DNA of 64,000 nucleotides from an uncultured Candidatus Bathyarchaeia archaeon (GCA_964418675.1 CAYQMM010000002.1:196875-260874); one strand, 5' to 3'; shown: positions 19,965-28,510, counted from the first letter of the stretch. Notes: generated by a model not told the origin, from the sequence alone. Numbers and translations are program-made.

Positions 19965-21080
19965 TCACGAGATTAATTTTTCAGAGATGCCAAGCCCATC
20001 CACAAGTGTTTCGCGGAAAAAGTTTAGGGCTTCCTGCTTTTCTTTGAGGCCTTCTACGATCATGACTCCGCTTTTAAGAATGCTGGCGGAGACTTCTTGA
20101 TCTTTGTCAAAGGTTAAGCCGAGGGAAGCGCTGATTTTTACTTTGAAACCGTTTTTCTTGAGATAGGGTTGTAATTCAGCTAGGTTAATTTGGAGATTCT
20201 TTCTTGGGATGATGACGAAGACTTTTTTTCCGCTTCTTCCACAGATTTCTTCAACGAGCTCTCGTTTAAGAGGCATAGGAGAATCTTGAGGTTTTGAGCC
20301 GCAGACTGGGCATTCGTCAACTTTTGAGAGGCGAATTTCGTTGAATTCCATATGTTCTAGGTCAACGTGGAAGAGCCTGTTGGCTAAAAGAGGCTGCTTT
20401 CCTGTAAGTATCCTAATGGCTTCACTGACTTCCAAGCTTGCTATTATACTCAGCAATGATGGATGAACTCCCACCACTCCGCATTTGGGTAGCTTGTCAT
20501 CTTCGAGGTTGCCGTAGAAGCATTCGAGGCATGCTGTTTTTCCCGGGATTATCGTAGAGACGTTGCCTGTGGTTGTTATTGCGGCTGCAAAAATGTAGGG
20601 TATGCCAAGTTTGACGCATGCTCGGTTAATGGCGTAGCGGGGTGTCATGCTGTCTAAGCAGTCAATCACCACATCCATGCCCTTTACTATTTCTTCAGCG
20701 TTGTCCTCTGTTATGTAGAGGGGAAGAGGCTCTATTTCGATGTAAGGATTCAATCTATGCAACTTCTTGGCGGCAACCTCAACCTTTGGGTATCCCACGT
20801 CATCAACTCCGTAGAGGTGCTGCCTATGCAGATTAGCTAATTCCACAACATCCCTGTCAACGAGACGCAAATGTCCAACTCCAATCGCGGCTAATTGAGT
20901 CACAGCTGGAGAGCCTAATCCACCCAAACCCAGCAGGCAAGCCTTGGAGTTTTTAAGTTTCAATTGGGCGCTGTATCCCAGTTCAGCCAGAACAATCTGT
21001 CTTGAATAATATTCCATTTCCTCGCGGGAAAGGTCTGCCTCATTTTGTTTGGTTTTTTTTGTCTCGCTGGTGGGGGTCAT
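19965..21080 (-). CDS. ThiF/MoeB/UbaA-family E1-like adenylyltransferase with an extra ~110-aa C-terminal domain
   Basis: 371 aa. YSRQIVLAELG, GLGGLGSP nucleotide loop, two CxxC pairs (CLEC, CPVC). Confidence 0.85.
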   Translation of the reverse strand: MTPTSETKKTKQNEADLSREEMEYYSRQIVLAELGYSAQLKLKNSKACLLGLGGLGSPAVTQLAAIGVGHLRLVDRDVVELANLHRQHLYGVDDVGYPKVEVAAKKLHRLNPYIEIEPLPLYITEDNAEEIVKGMDVVIDCLDSMTPRYAINRACVKLGIPYIFAAAITTTGNVSTIIPGKTACLECFYGNLEDDKLPKCGVVGVHPSLLSIIASLEVSEAIRILTGKQPLLANRLFHVDLEHMEFNEIRLSKVDECPVCGSKPQDSPMPLKRELVEEICGRSGKKVFVIIPRKNLQINLAELQPYLKKNGFKVKISASLGLTFDKDQEVSASILKSGVMIVEGLKEKQEALNFFRETLVDGLGISEKLIS

Positions 21081-21087
21081 TTAAGTT

Positions 21088-21366
21088 TTAGCCTCCGACT
21101 ACTGCCGGAAGAATCAACACTTCGTCCCCATCGTTGAGTGGAGTGTTGAGCTTCTTAAGGAAGCGGATATCTTTACCGTTTATATAGATTCTGATATGCC
21201 TTCTCGGATTTCCTGCGCTATCAAGTATCTTTGTCTTGAACTCTTCACCGTGTTCCTCAATCAAAGAGTCAAGAACCTCCTTCAACGAAGAGCCTTCTGC
21301 CCCCACTTCCTTCTTTCCCAAGGCTGTAGCTAAAGTTGCGAAAACCCGTAAAGTTACTTTCGCCAC
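21088..21366 (-). CDS. MoaD/ThiS-family ubiquitin-like sulfur-carrier protein ending in Gly-Gly
   Basis: 92 aa. The C-terminus is ...DEVLILPAVVGG followed directly by the stop. Overlaps the ThrC-like gene by 13 nt and lies 7 nt upstream of the E1 gene. Confidence 0.85.
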   Translation of the reverse strand: MAKVTLRVFATLATALGKKEVGAEGSSLKEVLDSLIEEHGEEFKTKILDSAGNPRRHIRIYINGKDIRFLKKLNTPLNDGDEVLILPAVVGG

Positions 21367-22613
21367 TTCAACTCCTCCAAGTTAAAGGCTTTCGCAAAGG
21401 ACTTTAGGTTGGGTTCAATTTCAACTGGTTTCGGGATATGAGGCAGAACCGCTTCGGTTGCTTTCAATCCATTACCTGTCACGTAGCATACAACCTTTTC
21501 ATCTGGTGAAATGTCTCCGCTTTCAACTAGCTTCTTCAGAACCGCTATGGTTACGCCGCCTGCTGGTTCCGTGAATATTCCTTCGGTCTTCGCTAAAAGT
21601 TTAATTGCGTCCACCACCTCAGCGTCTGTGGCGGATTCTGCTGTTCCCCCCGATTGGCGTATGGTTTCAACGGCGTGAACTCCATCGCCTGGGTCTCCTA
21701 CAGCCAAGCTTTTCGCGATGGTATCTGGGTATTCGATTGGGGTGACATCGGTGGAGTTGGATTTGAAGGCGTTTACTACAGGGGCGCATCCTGAGGGCTG
21801 AGCGCCGGACACCCTGATTTTTGTGTCTTCGATTAGGTTGAGTTTCTTGAATTGGTTGAATCCTCGTTGGATGGCGCAGAGCAGGGCTCCGCTGCCCATC
21901 GGCACTACCACATGGTCTGGGTTTTCCCATCTAAGTTGCTCACATACTTCGAAGGCTAAGGTTTTTGAGCCTTCAACGTAGTAGGGGCGTACGTTGATGT
22001 TGGCAAAAGCCCAGTCATAGATTTCTGCGGCTTGGGCGGCGAGCCTGTTAGCGTCATCGTAGGTTCCTTTTACAGCCACTATTTTGGCTCCGTAGATTGA
22101 AGCTTGAACAATCTTGTTAGGTTCTATGTCAGCAGGGATAAATACGTAACATGGCAGTCCCGCTTTGGCTGCGTGGGCGGCTACGGCGGCGGCTAAGTTA
22201 CCAGTTGATGCGGCTCCGAAGGCTTTGGAGTTAAATTCCACGGCTTTGGATGCTGCTACTGTGGCTGGGCGGTCCTTGAAGGAGTATGTTGGGTTGACGC
22301 TGTCGTCTTTGGCGTATAGCGTTTTCAATCCAAGGGCTTTGGCTAGCCTGTTACATTTATGCAGGATTGTATAGCCTGCGCCTAGGTCCACGATTTTCGT
22401 TTTGTCCTGTACTGGTAGCAGTTCGAAGTATCGCCAAACTGTGTTTGGTCTGTTATGGAATGATTTTCTGTCTAGTTCTATGGAGTTGAAGTTGTATGTT
22501 ACTTCTAAGGGTCCAAAACATTCTTCGCAAACATAGGTTTTGGTGGGCGGATATTCTCTGCCGCATTGCCTACATTTGAGGGATTTTATGTGGTTGAGTT
22601 TCGAGACCTCCAT
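21354..22613 (-). CDS. Threonine synthase-family PLP enzyme with an N-terminal zinc ribbon (possibly a thiocarboxylate-dependent homocysteine synthase)
   Basis: 419 aa. CRQCGREY...CEECFG ribbon and SFKDRPA PLP-lysine motif. Confidence 0.8.
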   Translation of the reverse strand: MEVSKLNHIKSLKCRQCGREYPPTKTYVCEECFGPLEVTYNFNSIELDRKSFHNRPNTVWRYFELLPVQDKTKIVDLGAGYTILHKCNRLAKALGLKTLYAKDDSVNPTYSFKDRPATVAASKAVEFNSKAFGAASTGNLAAAVAAHAAKAGLPCYVFIPADIEPNKIVQASIYGAKIVAVKGTYDDANRLAAQAAEIYDWAFANINVRPYYVEGSKTLAFEVCEQLRWENPDHVVVPMGSGALLCAIQRGFNQFKKLNLIEDTKIRVSGAQPSGCAPVVNAFKSNSTDVTPIEYPDTIAKSLAVGDPGDGVHAVETIRQSGGTAESATDAEVVDAIKLLAKTEGIFTEPAGGVTIAVLKKLVESGDISPDEKVVCYVTGNGLKATEAVLPHIPKPVEIEPNLKSFAKAFNLEELKWRK

Positions 22614-22711
22614 TAGTGTTTTAACGATTTGGATGTTATTCTCTTATTAATATCTTCTTGATAGTTTTATTCCCATCGGAATATCAGCTCTCAGAACCAC
22701 CACAGCCTGTT

Positions 22712-23479
22712 TCATTGAAGAACCCTGAACAGCATGTATATGCTGAGCAATATCACTCCAAATCCCACAAGTTGCCCGAATTTTCTTCGTGTACCACAAT
22801 GCACCAATCTTTTGCAGAGCAACACTGCAATGGGGGCAGAAATCAAGCCACCTACTATCAACGCAGCAACCAGACTCCAATCAAAGCCGCTAGGACCCAA
22901 AAGAATGAAGAAAGTTGAGGCTATCGCTACAGTTACAAAAAACCTTGCGAAGTTCACAGAACCAACAACTTCTCGGGGGTCATTATGGTTCAAAATCAGC
23001 GTGGGTGTAACTATTGGACCCCATCCTCCGCCGCCCATGGCATCCAAAAAGGCTCCCATAAACCCTAATGCAAGAAGCGTTCTGGTAGACTTTTTTTTCA
23101 CCTTGATGTGGATACCGTCGAATGTGAATCTGTAGAGGACAAGGCACCCCAGCGCAAGAAGTATGACACCCACTAGGACTCTTAGCGGGGTAATTGGCGT
23201 GAAAATAAGCCCATATGCACCTATAATTCCTCCTATGCAGCCAGATACTACGAGAGGCAGAACAATTTCCCGTTTGACATTGCCTATCTTGAAGTGGGCG
23301 ACACCTGAGATGAGAGAGGTGAAAATTCCAGATGTATGTACGCTTGAGCTGGCAATAGCGGGGATTACGCCGAAGGAGAGGAGGAAAGTTGTTGATGTGA
23401 CTCCATAGCCCATGCCTATTGAGCCGTTGATGAATTGCGCCAAGAACCCAATTATGGCGTAAATAAAGAATAGATACAA
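22712..23479 (-). CDS. TSUP (TauE/SafE) family anion permease
   Basis: 255 aa, about 8 TM segments, Gly-rich repeats (GGGGWGPIVTP). Confidence 0.7.
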   Translation of the reverse strand: MYLFFIYAIIGFLAQFINGSIGMGYGVTSTTFLLSFGVIPAIASSSVHTSGIFTSLISGVAHFKIGNVKREIVLPLVVSGCIGGIIGAYGLIFTPITPLRVLVGVILLALGCLVLYRFTFDGIHIKVKKKSTRTLLALGFMGAFLDAMGGGGWGPIVTPTLILNHNDPREVVGSVNFARFFVTVAIASTFFILLGPSGFDWSLVAALIVGGLISAPIAVLLCKRLVHCGTRRKFGQLVGFGVILLSIYMLFRVLQ

Positions 23480-23497
23480 ATTGGTGACCCTTTGGGT

Positions 23498-24658
23498 CTA
23501 CACGAGTAGACCAGTGTATTTTCTCAGTATCTTGGCGATTTCTGGGCGCATCATCTCCGGTGGAGGCAGCTCACCGTTTTTGAGCATCTCTCTTAAAGCC
23601 GTCATGCTTATTCTGATGTGATTCTCGATGATGTGCCCGCAAGTCTTGTCTGTAGCTACAAGGCGGCATTGTTTACAGAAGAAGGATTCTCTGAACAAGA
23701 TTGGTTCTATGCCCAAATCCAGTTTTTTGAAGGCTTCATGGGCTGAGTAGGGACCGTAATAGTTTCCTACACCTGCTATGTCTCTGCCTACCACGAAGTG
23801 TGTGCAGCCGTAGTTTTTTCTGATGATTGCTAGGAAGATTGCGGCTTTTGGTCCTGCATACCTCATGGATAACGATAGGGTGGCTAAGACGGCGCGGTCC
23901 TTGGGATAATAGTTCTGTGTAAGGTACTCGTAGGCTTCCATTATTGCATCTGGTGGAAAGTCCCCTTTCTTCAGCTTTCCAATAACAGGGTGGATGAAGA
24001 GTCCATCAACCATTTCTAGGGCGCATCTCTGAAGATATTCGTGGACCATGTGCGGCGGGTTTCTGGTCTGGTACGCCGCGATTGATTTCCATCCTCGTTC
24101 TTCAAAGATTCTTCGGGTTTCGGAGGGCGTTAGTTCGTATTTTGCAGCGGGAAAGTCTACGTGCTGGATGAGGTTGATTTCTCCGCCGACTAACGTCTCT
24201 CCGTTCTTGTATAGTTCGCTAACGTTGGGGTGTTGGGGGTCAGTTGTTCCAAAGGTCTGCTTTGCAAGTTCTTTTTTGTCGTACTTGAATTTCTCCTGTA
24301 CATGGAGTATGGCAATGGGTTTTTCGGTGTAAAAGAGGGCGATGTCCTCGCCTTCCTTTATTGTCTTTAGTGTTTCGTGATTTCTTTTTCCGTTGGGGGC
24401 AAGTATGATTGGTATCGTCCATGGGAGTCCATTTGTCAGTTGCCCTTCATGCACTACGTTTGTGTAGTCTTCTTTTGTCATGAATCCTTCTAGGGGACTG
24501 AATGCTCCTACCGCGATTTTGTCAGCATCCAAGATTGATTCTGTGTTAACATCTAATCTGGGCAGCTCCTCCGCTTCTTTGAGTGCCGCTTCTATATTAT
24601 CACTAGCTATGACTCGGTTGACGAGTTTTCCTCCGTGGGGTTTTGGTAAGCCGCTCAT
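23498..24658 (-). CDS. sat: Sulfate adenylyltransferase (ATP sulfurylase)
   Basis: 386 aa. QTRNPPHMVHEYL (QxRNPxHxxH). VVGRDIAGVG sits where GRDHAG is usual. Confidence 0.88.
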   Translation of the reverse strand: MSGLPKPHGGKLVNRVIASDNIEAALKEAEELPRLDVNTESILDADKIAVGAFSPLEGFMTKEDYTNVVHEGQLTNGLPWTIPIILAPNGKRNHETLKTIKEGEDIALFYTEKPIAILHVQEKFKYDKKELAKQTFGTTDPQHPNVSELYKNGETLVGGEINLIQHVDFPAAKYELTPSETRRIFEERGWKSIAAYQTRNPPHMVHEYLQRCALEMVDGLFIHPVIGKLKKGDFPPDAIMEAYEYLTQNYYPKDRAVLATLSLSMRYAGPKAAIFLAIIRKNYGCTHFVVGRDIAGVGNYYGPYSAHEAFKKLDLGIEPILFRESFFCKQCRLVATDKTCGHIIENHIRISMTALREMLKNGELPPPEMMRPEIAKILRKYTGLLV

Positions 24659-24661
24659 CTT

Positions 24662-25411
24662 TCACGCTTCCTTTTGGTGAGGGTGCAGTCCGCACTCTTT
24701 GGTGAGGTCTATTTCCCACCACCATCTTCCAGCCCTGAGGTCTTCTCCCGGTTTGATTGCTCTGGTGCAAGGTTCGCAGCCTATGCTGGGAAAACACTTG
24801 TCATGTAACTTGTTGTATGGAAGTTTCTCTGCCTTGACGTAGTCCCAAACTTGCTCGTTTGTCCAATCGGCTAGAGGGTTAATCTTGATTATTCCATCGT
24901 TGAAATGGTCAACTTCAACTTTCTGGATGTCTGCTCTTGAAACGTTCTGTAATCTTCTTAGACCCGTAATCCATGCGTCAAGCCCTTTAAGCGCTCTTTT
25001 CAGCGGCTCTATCTTCCGTACTTGGCAGCAGAGCTTACGCAATTCTGGGCTTGTGTAAAACAGGTTCACGCCATGCTCTCTCACCATCTTCTCCGCGGAG
25101 GCGGCATCTGGATAGTACACTTCGATTTTGAGGTTGTATTTTCGTCTAACATCATCGATTAGCTCGTATGTCTCTTGATTGAGGCGTCCCGTATCTAGAG
25201 TGAAGATTATGATGTCTGGGTTAATTTTTTGAAGCATGTCAATGAGCACGACGTCTTCTGCGCCGAAGCTGGATGCGAAGGCGATCTTGGGATAAAACGT
25301 CTCTGCAGCCCACTCTAAAACTTTTTCAGCTTTTTTTCCTTCGAGTTGTGCTGCGATTTTCTTTACATCGTTTTCGTTTGGTGTCATTTTTGTGTCTCCT
25401 TCTTGATCCAT
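24662..25411 (-). CDS. cysH: Assimilatory adenylylsulfate (APS) reductase, CysH family with Fe-S cysteines
   Basis: 249 aa. CC (KLCCQVRK) plus CEPC cysteines, and C-terminal KECGLH. Confidence 0.85.
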   Translation of the reverse strand: MDQEGDTKMTPNENDVKKIAAQLEGKKAEKVLEWAAETFYPKIAFASSFGAEDVVLIDMLQKINPDIIIFTLDTGRLNQETYELIDDVRRKYNLKIEVYYPDAASAEKMVREHGVNLFYTSPELRKLCCQVRKIEPLKRALKGLDAWITGLRRLQNVSRADIQKVEVDHFNDGIIKINPLADWTNEQVWDYVKAEKLPYNKLHDKCFPSIGCEPCTRAIKPGEDLRAGRWWWEIDLTKECGLHPHQKEA

Positions 25412-25415
25412 CTGC

Positions 25416-25430
25416 TATAACACTGTTATG
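25416..25430. promoter_or_regulatory. Palindromic operator candidate P1: TATAACACTGTTATG
   Basis: 15-bp dyad (TATAAC-N3-GTTAT) 5 nt upstream of the cysH ATG. One of four near-identical sites. Confidence 0.55.
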
Positions 25431-25441
25431 ACCACATAGCC

Positions 25442-25456
25442 TATAACACCGTTATA
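25442..25456. promoter_or_regulatory. Palindromic operator candidate P2: TATAACACCGTTATA, overlapping the likely cysH TATA box
   Basis: Perfect 6-bp arms. Centre is 26 bp from the P1 centre. Adjacent to an AAGCTTTTCGCC BRE-like string on the minus strand. Confidence 0.55.
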
Positions 25457-25585
25457 AGCTTTTCGCCGAAACAACAACCATTCTCAAAACGTTCAAACAA
25501 GTGCAAAAACTTCAAAGCCTTCTGAGGGAAAGATGGACGGAAAAAACGTAATGTTTATATCCTTTGTTGCTAGGTGTAAAATAAC

Positions 25586-25600
25586 TATTACAGTGTTATG
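25586..25600. promoter_or_regulatory. Palindromic operator candidate P3: TATTACAGTGTTATG (reverse complement CATAACACTGTAATA)
   Basis: Lies between an AT-rich TATA-like TAAAATAA (25576-25583) and the start of the CysM-like gene at 25618. Confidence 0.5.
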
Positions 25601-25617
25601 AGGGATATAGATGGCTG

Positions 25618-26661
25618 GTGGATATGTTTGTTCAACCCCAAAAATCTTCCTTAATATCAGTCGATTCTCTTCCATCTAGCTCTTACCTCAAAAAGATACA
25701 TCTTCTCAAACAGAAAATCGGAAAAACCCCACTTGTACACATAGATAACGTCAACGGCAGCTCCATCTACGCAAAACTCGAATATTACAACCCTTTAAGC
25801 CACTCCGTTAAAGACAGAGCAGCAATATACATGCTGGAAGGAGCAATAAAGCAGGGTCTAGTAACATCCGAAAACAGCGTCTTCGTTGAAGCCTCTTCAG
25901 GAAATCTTGGAATCGCCTACGGAAAAGCTGGCAGCTTCTTAGGTCTAAAAACATTAATTGTGATACCGAGCGTTGTCGGCAAAAAAACCTTTGAAAGAAT
26001 AATCGAGGCGGGAGCAACGGTTGAAAAAACCCCAGACGGTTACTGCCCAAGAAGAAACGAACGAGACGGCGCCATAGCAAAAGTCAAGGACATGTACCTT
26101 GATGATCCAAAAAAGATATGGCTAGACCAATACAGCAACCAAGACAACCTGAGAGCCCATATGGAAGGAACAGGACCTGAAATCTGGAACCAAACCGACG
26201 GAAAACTAACAAACATCGTTCTGGGAGTCGGCACAGGCGGGTCAATTGTAGGCATAACCCGTTACCTGAAGGTAGAGAATCCTGAATTGGAAAGTATAGC
26301 GGTTCAGCCCCAAGAAAACCATCACATCCAAGGATTAAGGAACTTCCAAGAATCCTTAGAGCCAACTCTAATCAGAAAAAACAGGGACTTAATTGACAAT
26401 TGGAGTGAAGTCAGCGATAAAGAAAGCTTTGAAGCTACAAAGTACCTGTGGAGAAGAGGCTATCTCGTAGGCACATCATCAGGACTAAACTACTTCGCCG
26501 CAAGAAAGATAGCAAAGGAAAACCAAGGCTCAACCATAGTTACACTCTTCCCAGACACATGCCTCAACTCCTTCAAAGTGATGCAAAAACACATTCTAAA
26601 CGGTGACCTCACAAAACACGGAAAGAGAGAGTTACCCCATGAAATCAGAAAACAAGACTAA
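25618..26661 (+). CDS. Cysteine synthase-family (CysK/CysM-like) PLP enzyme
   Basis: 347 aa. HSVKDRAA PLP-lysine, SSGNLGIAYG, GVGTGGSIVG, GTSSGLN. Confidence 0.8.
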   Translation: MDMFVQPQKSSLISVDSLPSSSYLKKIHLLKQKIGKTPLVHIDNVNGSSIYAKLEYYNPLSHSVKDRAAIYMLEGAIKQGLVTSENSVFVEASSGNLGIAYGKAGSFLGLKTLIVIPSVVGKKTFERIIEAGATVEKTPDGYCPRRNERDGAIAKVKDMYLDDPKKIWLDQYSNQDNLRAHMEGTGPEIWNQTDGKLTNIVLGVGTGGSIVGITRYLKVENPELESIAVQPQENHHIQGLRNFQESLEPTLIRKNRDLIDNWSEVSDKESFEATKYLWRRGYLVGTSSGLNYFAARKIAKENQGSTIVTLFPDTCLNSFKVMQKHILNGDLTKHGKRELPHEIRKQD

Positions 26662-26708
26662 CCTAAACAGGAATATTAACTTAATAAAACACCACAACCC
26701 ATCAGAAG

Positions 26709-28256
26709 GTGAAGTCATACCCAAGAGATGAAACAATCTTGGCAAAGATAGAAACAGCAGACATAGAACGGTTCATGGGTCGATTCTCTATTGGACGCGA
26801 CAGCAATCCCATGAATCCAACAGGCTCCCTCCACTTCTTAAGACTAAAAGTCCCCGGAGGCTTCTTAACCACCAAACAGTTTCGGGGAGTAGCTGAGTTA
26901 GCTGAAGAATACGGTAGATCACGGGCGGAGATAACTGACAGACAGGACATACAGCTTCACTGGATAGACGCTGCAGATGCCCTAGAAATCTTTTCAAAAA
27001 TGGATGAACTAGGGTTCACCACAGACATGTGCGGACAGAGCTTTGGCGGCGCAAGATATGGAGACGCAAGAAACATCGTGCTTTGTCCAGCCTCCGGAAT
27101 CGAAAAAGATGAGTTGCTGAATGGCTACCCCCTCATGAACGAGCTAAGCAACTTTCTAATTGGAAACCCTGATTTCCAAGACATGCCCCGAAAATTCAAG
27201 TTTTCAATATCAGGATGCGGGTCTGACTGTACACGAGCAGCAACAAATGATCTTTCCTTTGTAGCTGTCAAAAAGAATGATGAAATAGGATACACCACGT
27301 TGCTGGGAGGCAGCATGGGCGCATCGCTGCCCGGTCCCAGATTAGCCAAGCCATCTGGCATGTTTTTGAAGCCTGAGGACGCATTCAATGTAGCAATCGC
27401 CACTATCGAAATTCACCGGGACAATGGAAACAGAGAGACCAAGGCTAAGGCACGGTTTAAGTGGCTCCTTGAAGAGTGGGGCATCGAAAAGTTCCGGAAT
27501 GCGTTAGAAAGCAAACTTGGACGACCCCTTGAAAGCTACGCTGGTCCCGCTTTCACCAAATATGAGGGGCACGATGGGGTGCAACCACAGAAGCAGAGAG
27601 GCTACTATTACGTGAATCTTCCCCTCATTGGCGGCGCTTTATCTGCTGAACAGATGTTTTCTCTTGCGGACCTTGCCGACGAATATGGAAGCGGTGAACT
27701 GAGGCTAACATGCACACAGAACCTTATCTTACCCAACATTAAGAAGAAGGAACCAGTTCTGAAGCGCTTAGAAGCATTAGGTTTTTTCCTTCAAGGTTCC
27801 AAGTTACGCTGGACCAGCATGGGATGTGCTTCAAATTTTTGCGGGAAGACCAAGAGCCCTCACGCCAAGGAAATCTTTAGAGAGGTTGTGGAGTTCCTTG
27901 AGAGCAGTTTCGCTAAGGAGGTTCTGGCGGAGGCAAAGTTTCGGATACATGCCAGTGGCTGTCTCAACAACTGTTGCGCGAATCTCATAGCTGAAGTAGG
28001 TTTGCGTGGCAGGCTCCTTAGGGATGAAGAGAAACTGAAACAGGGCTATGATATAATGCTACTTGAAAAATGCGAACAAGAACAATGTTTCGGAAGTGTC
28101 ATTGAGGGGTCTGTTCCTGCGGCGGATGTGAAGTACAAGCTCAAGGCTCTTTTATCAAATTACTTGAAACACAGAAAACCGACCGAGGACCTGAGGCAGT
28201 TCTGCAAAAGACATACAACAGAAGAACTGAGGAAGTATCTGGAGGGTGAAGTATGA
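26709..28256 (+). CDS. sir: Assimilatory sulfite (nitrite/sulfite family) reductase, siroheme/4Fe-4S type
   Basis: 515 aa with a GTG start. Internally duplicated NiR/SiR fold with cysteine clusters (GCASNFCG ... SGCLNNCC). Confidence 0.8.
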   Translation: MKSYPRDETILAKIETADIERFMGRFSIGRDSNPMNPTGSLHFLRLKVPGGFLTTKQFRGVAELAEEYGRSRAEITDRQDIQLHWIDAADALEIFSKMDELGFTTDMCGQSFGGARYGDARNIVLCPASGIEKDELLNGYPLMNELSNFLIGNPDFQDMPRKFKFSISGCGSDCTRAATNDLSFVAVKKNDEIGYTTLLGGSMGASLPGPRLAKPSGMFLKPEDAFNVAIATIEIHRDNGNRETKAKARFKWLLEEWGIEKFRNALESKLGRPLESYAGPAFTKYEGHDGVQPQKQRGYYYVNLPLIGGALSAEQMFSLADLADEYGSGELRLTCTQNLILPNIKKKEPVLKRLEALGFFLQGSKLRWTSMGCASNFCGKTKSPHAKEIFREVVEFLESSFAKEVLAEAKFRIHASGCLNNCCANLIAEVGLRGRLLRDEEKLKQGYDIMLLEKCEQEQCFGSVIEGSVPAADVKYKLKALLSNYLKHRKPTEDLRQFCKRHTTEELRKYLEGEV

Positions 28257-28510
28257 GCAAAAAATTTGAATTGGAAAAGATTGGTGAAAAACGTTATTCT
28301 CTGGATGTTCGCGGCTCCGTATGTCCCTATCCCCAAATATTGACGTTACGTGCCCTCAACAGCCTTTCTTCAGATGGCATTCTTGAGGTGATTCTTGACA
28401 ATCCCCCATCCGTCCGGGACATCCCTCCTGTTCTGAAAGAAAAGAAATACATGGTCGAAGTGTCAGACGTAGCCAAGGGAACATGGAAAATAATCGTAAG
28501 CCGCAAGTAA
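28253..28510 (+). CDS. tusA: TusA/SirA-like sulfur-relay protein
   Basis: 85 aa. LDVRGSVCPYPQILT (CPxP active-site motif). ATGA overlap with the sir stop. Confidence 0.8.
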   Translation: MSKKFELEKIGEKRYSLDVRGSVCPYPQILTLRALNSLSSDGILEVILDNPPSVRDIPPVLKEKKYMVEVSDVAKGTWKIIVSRK

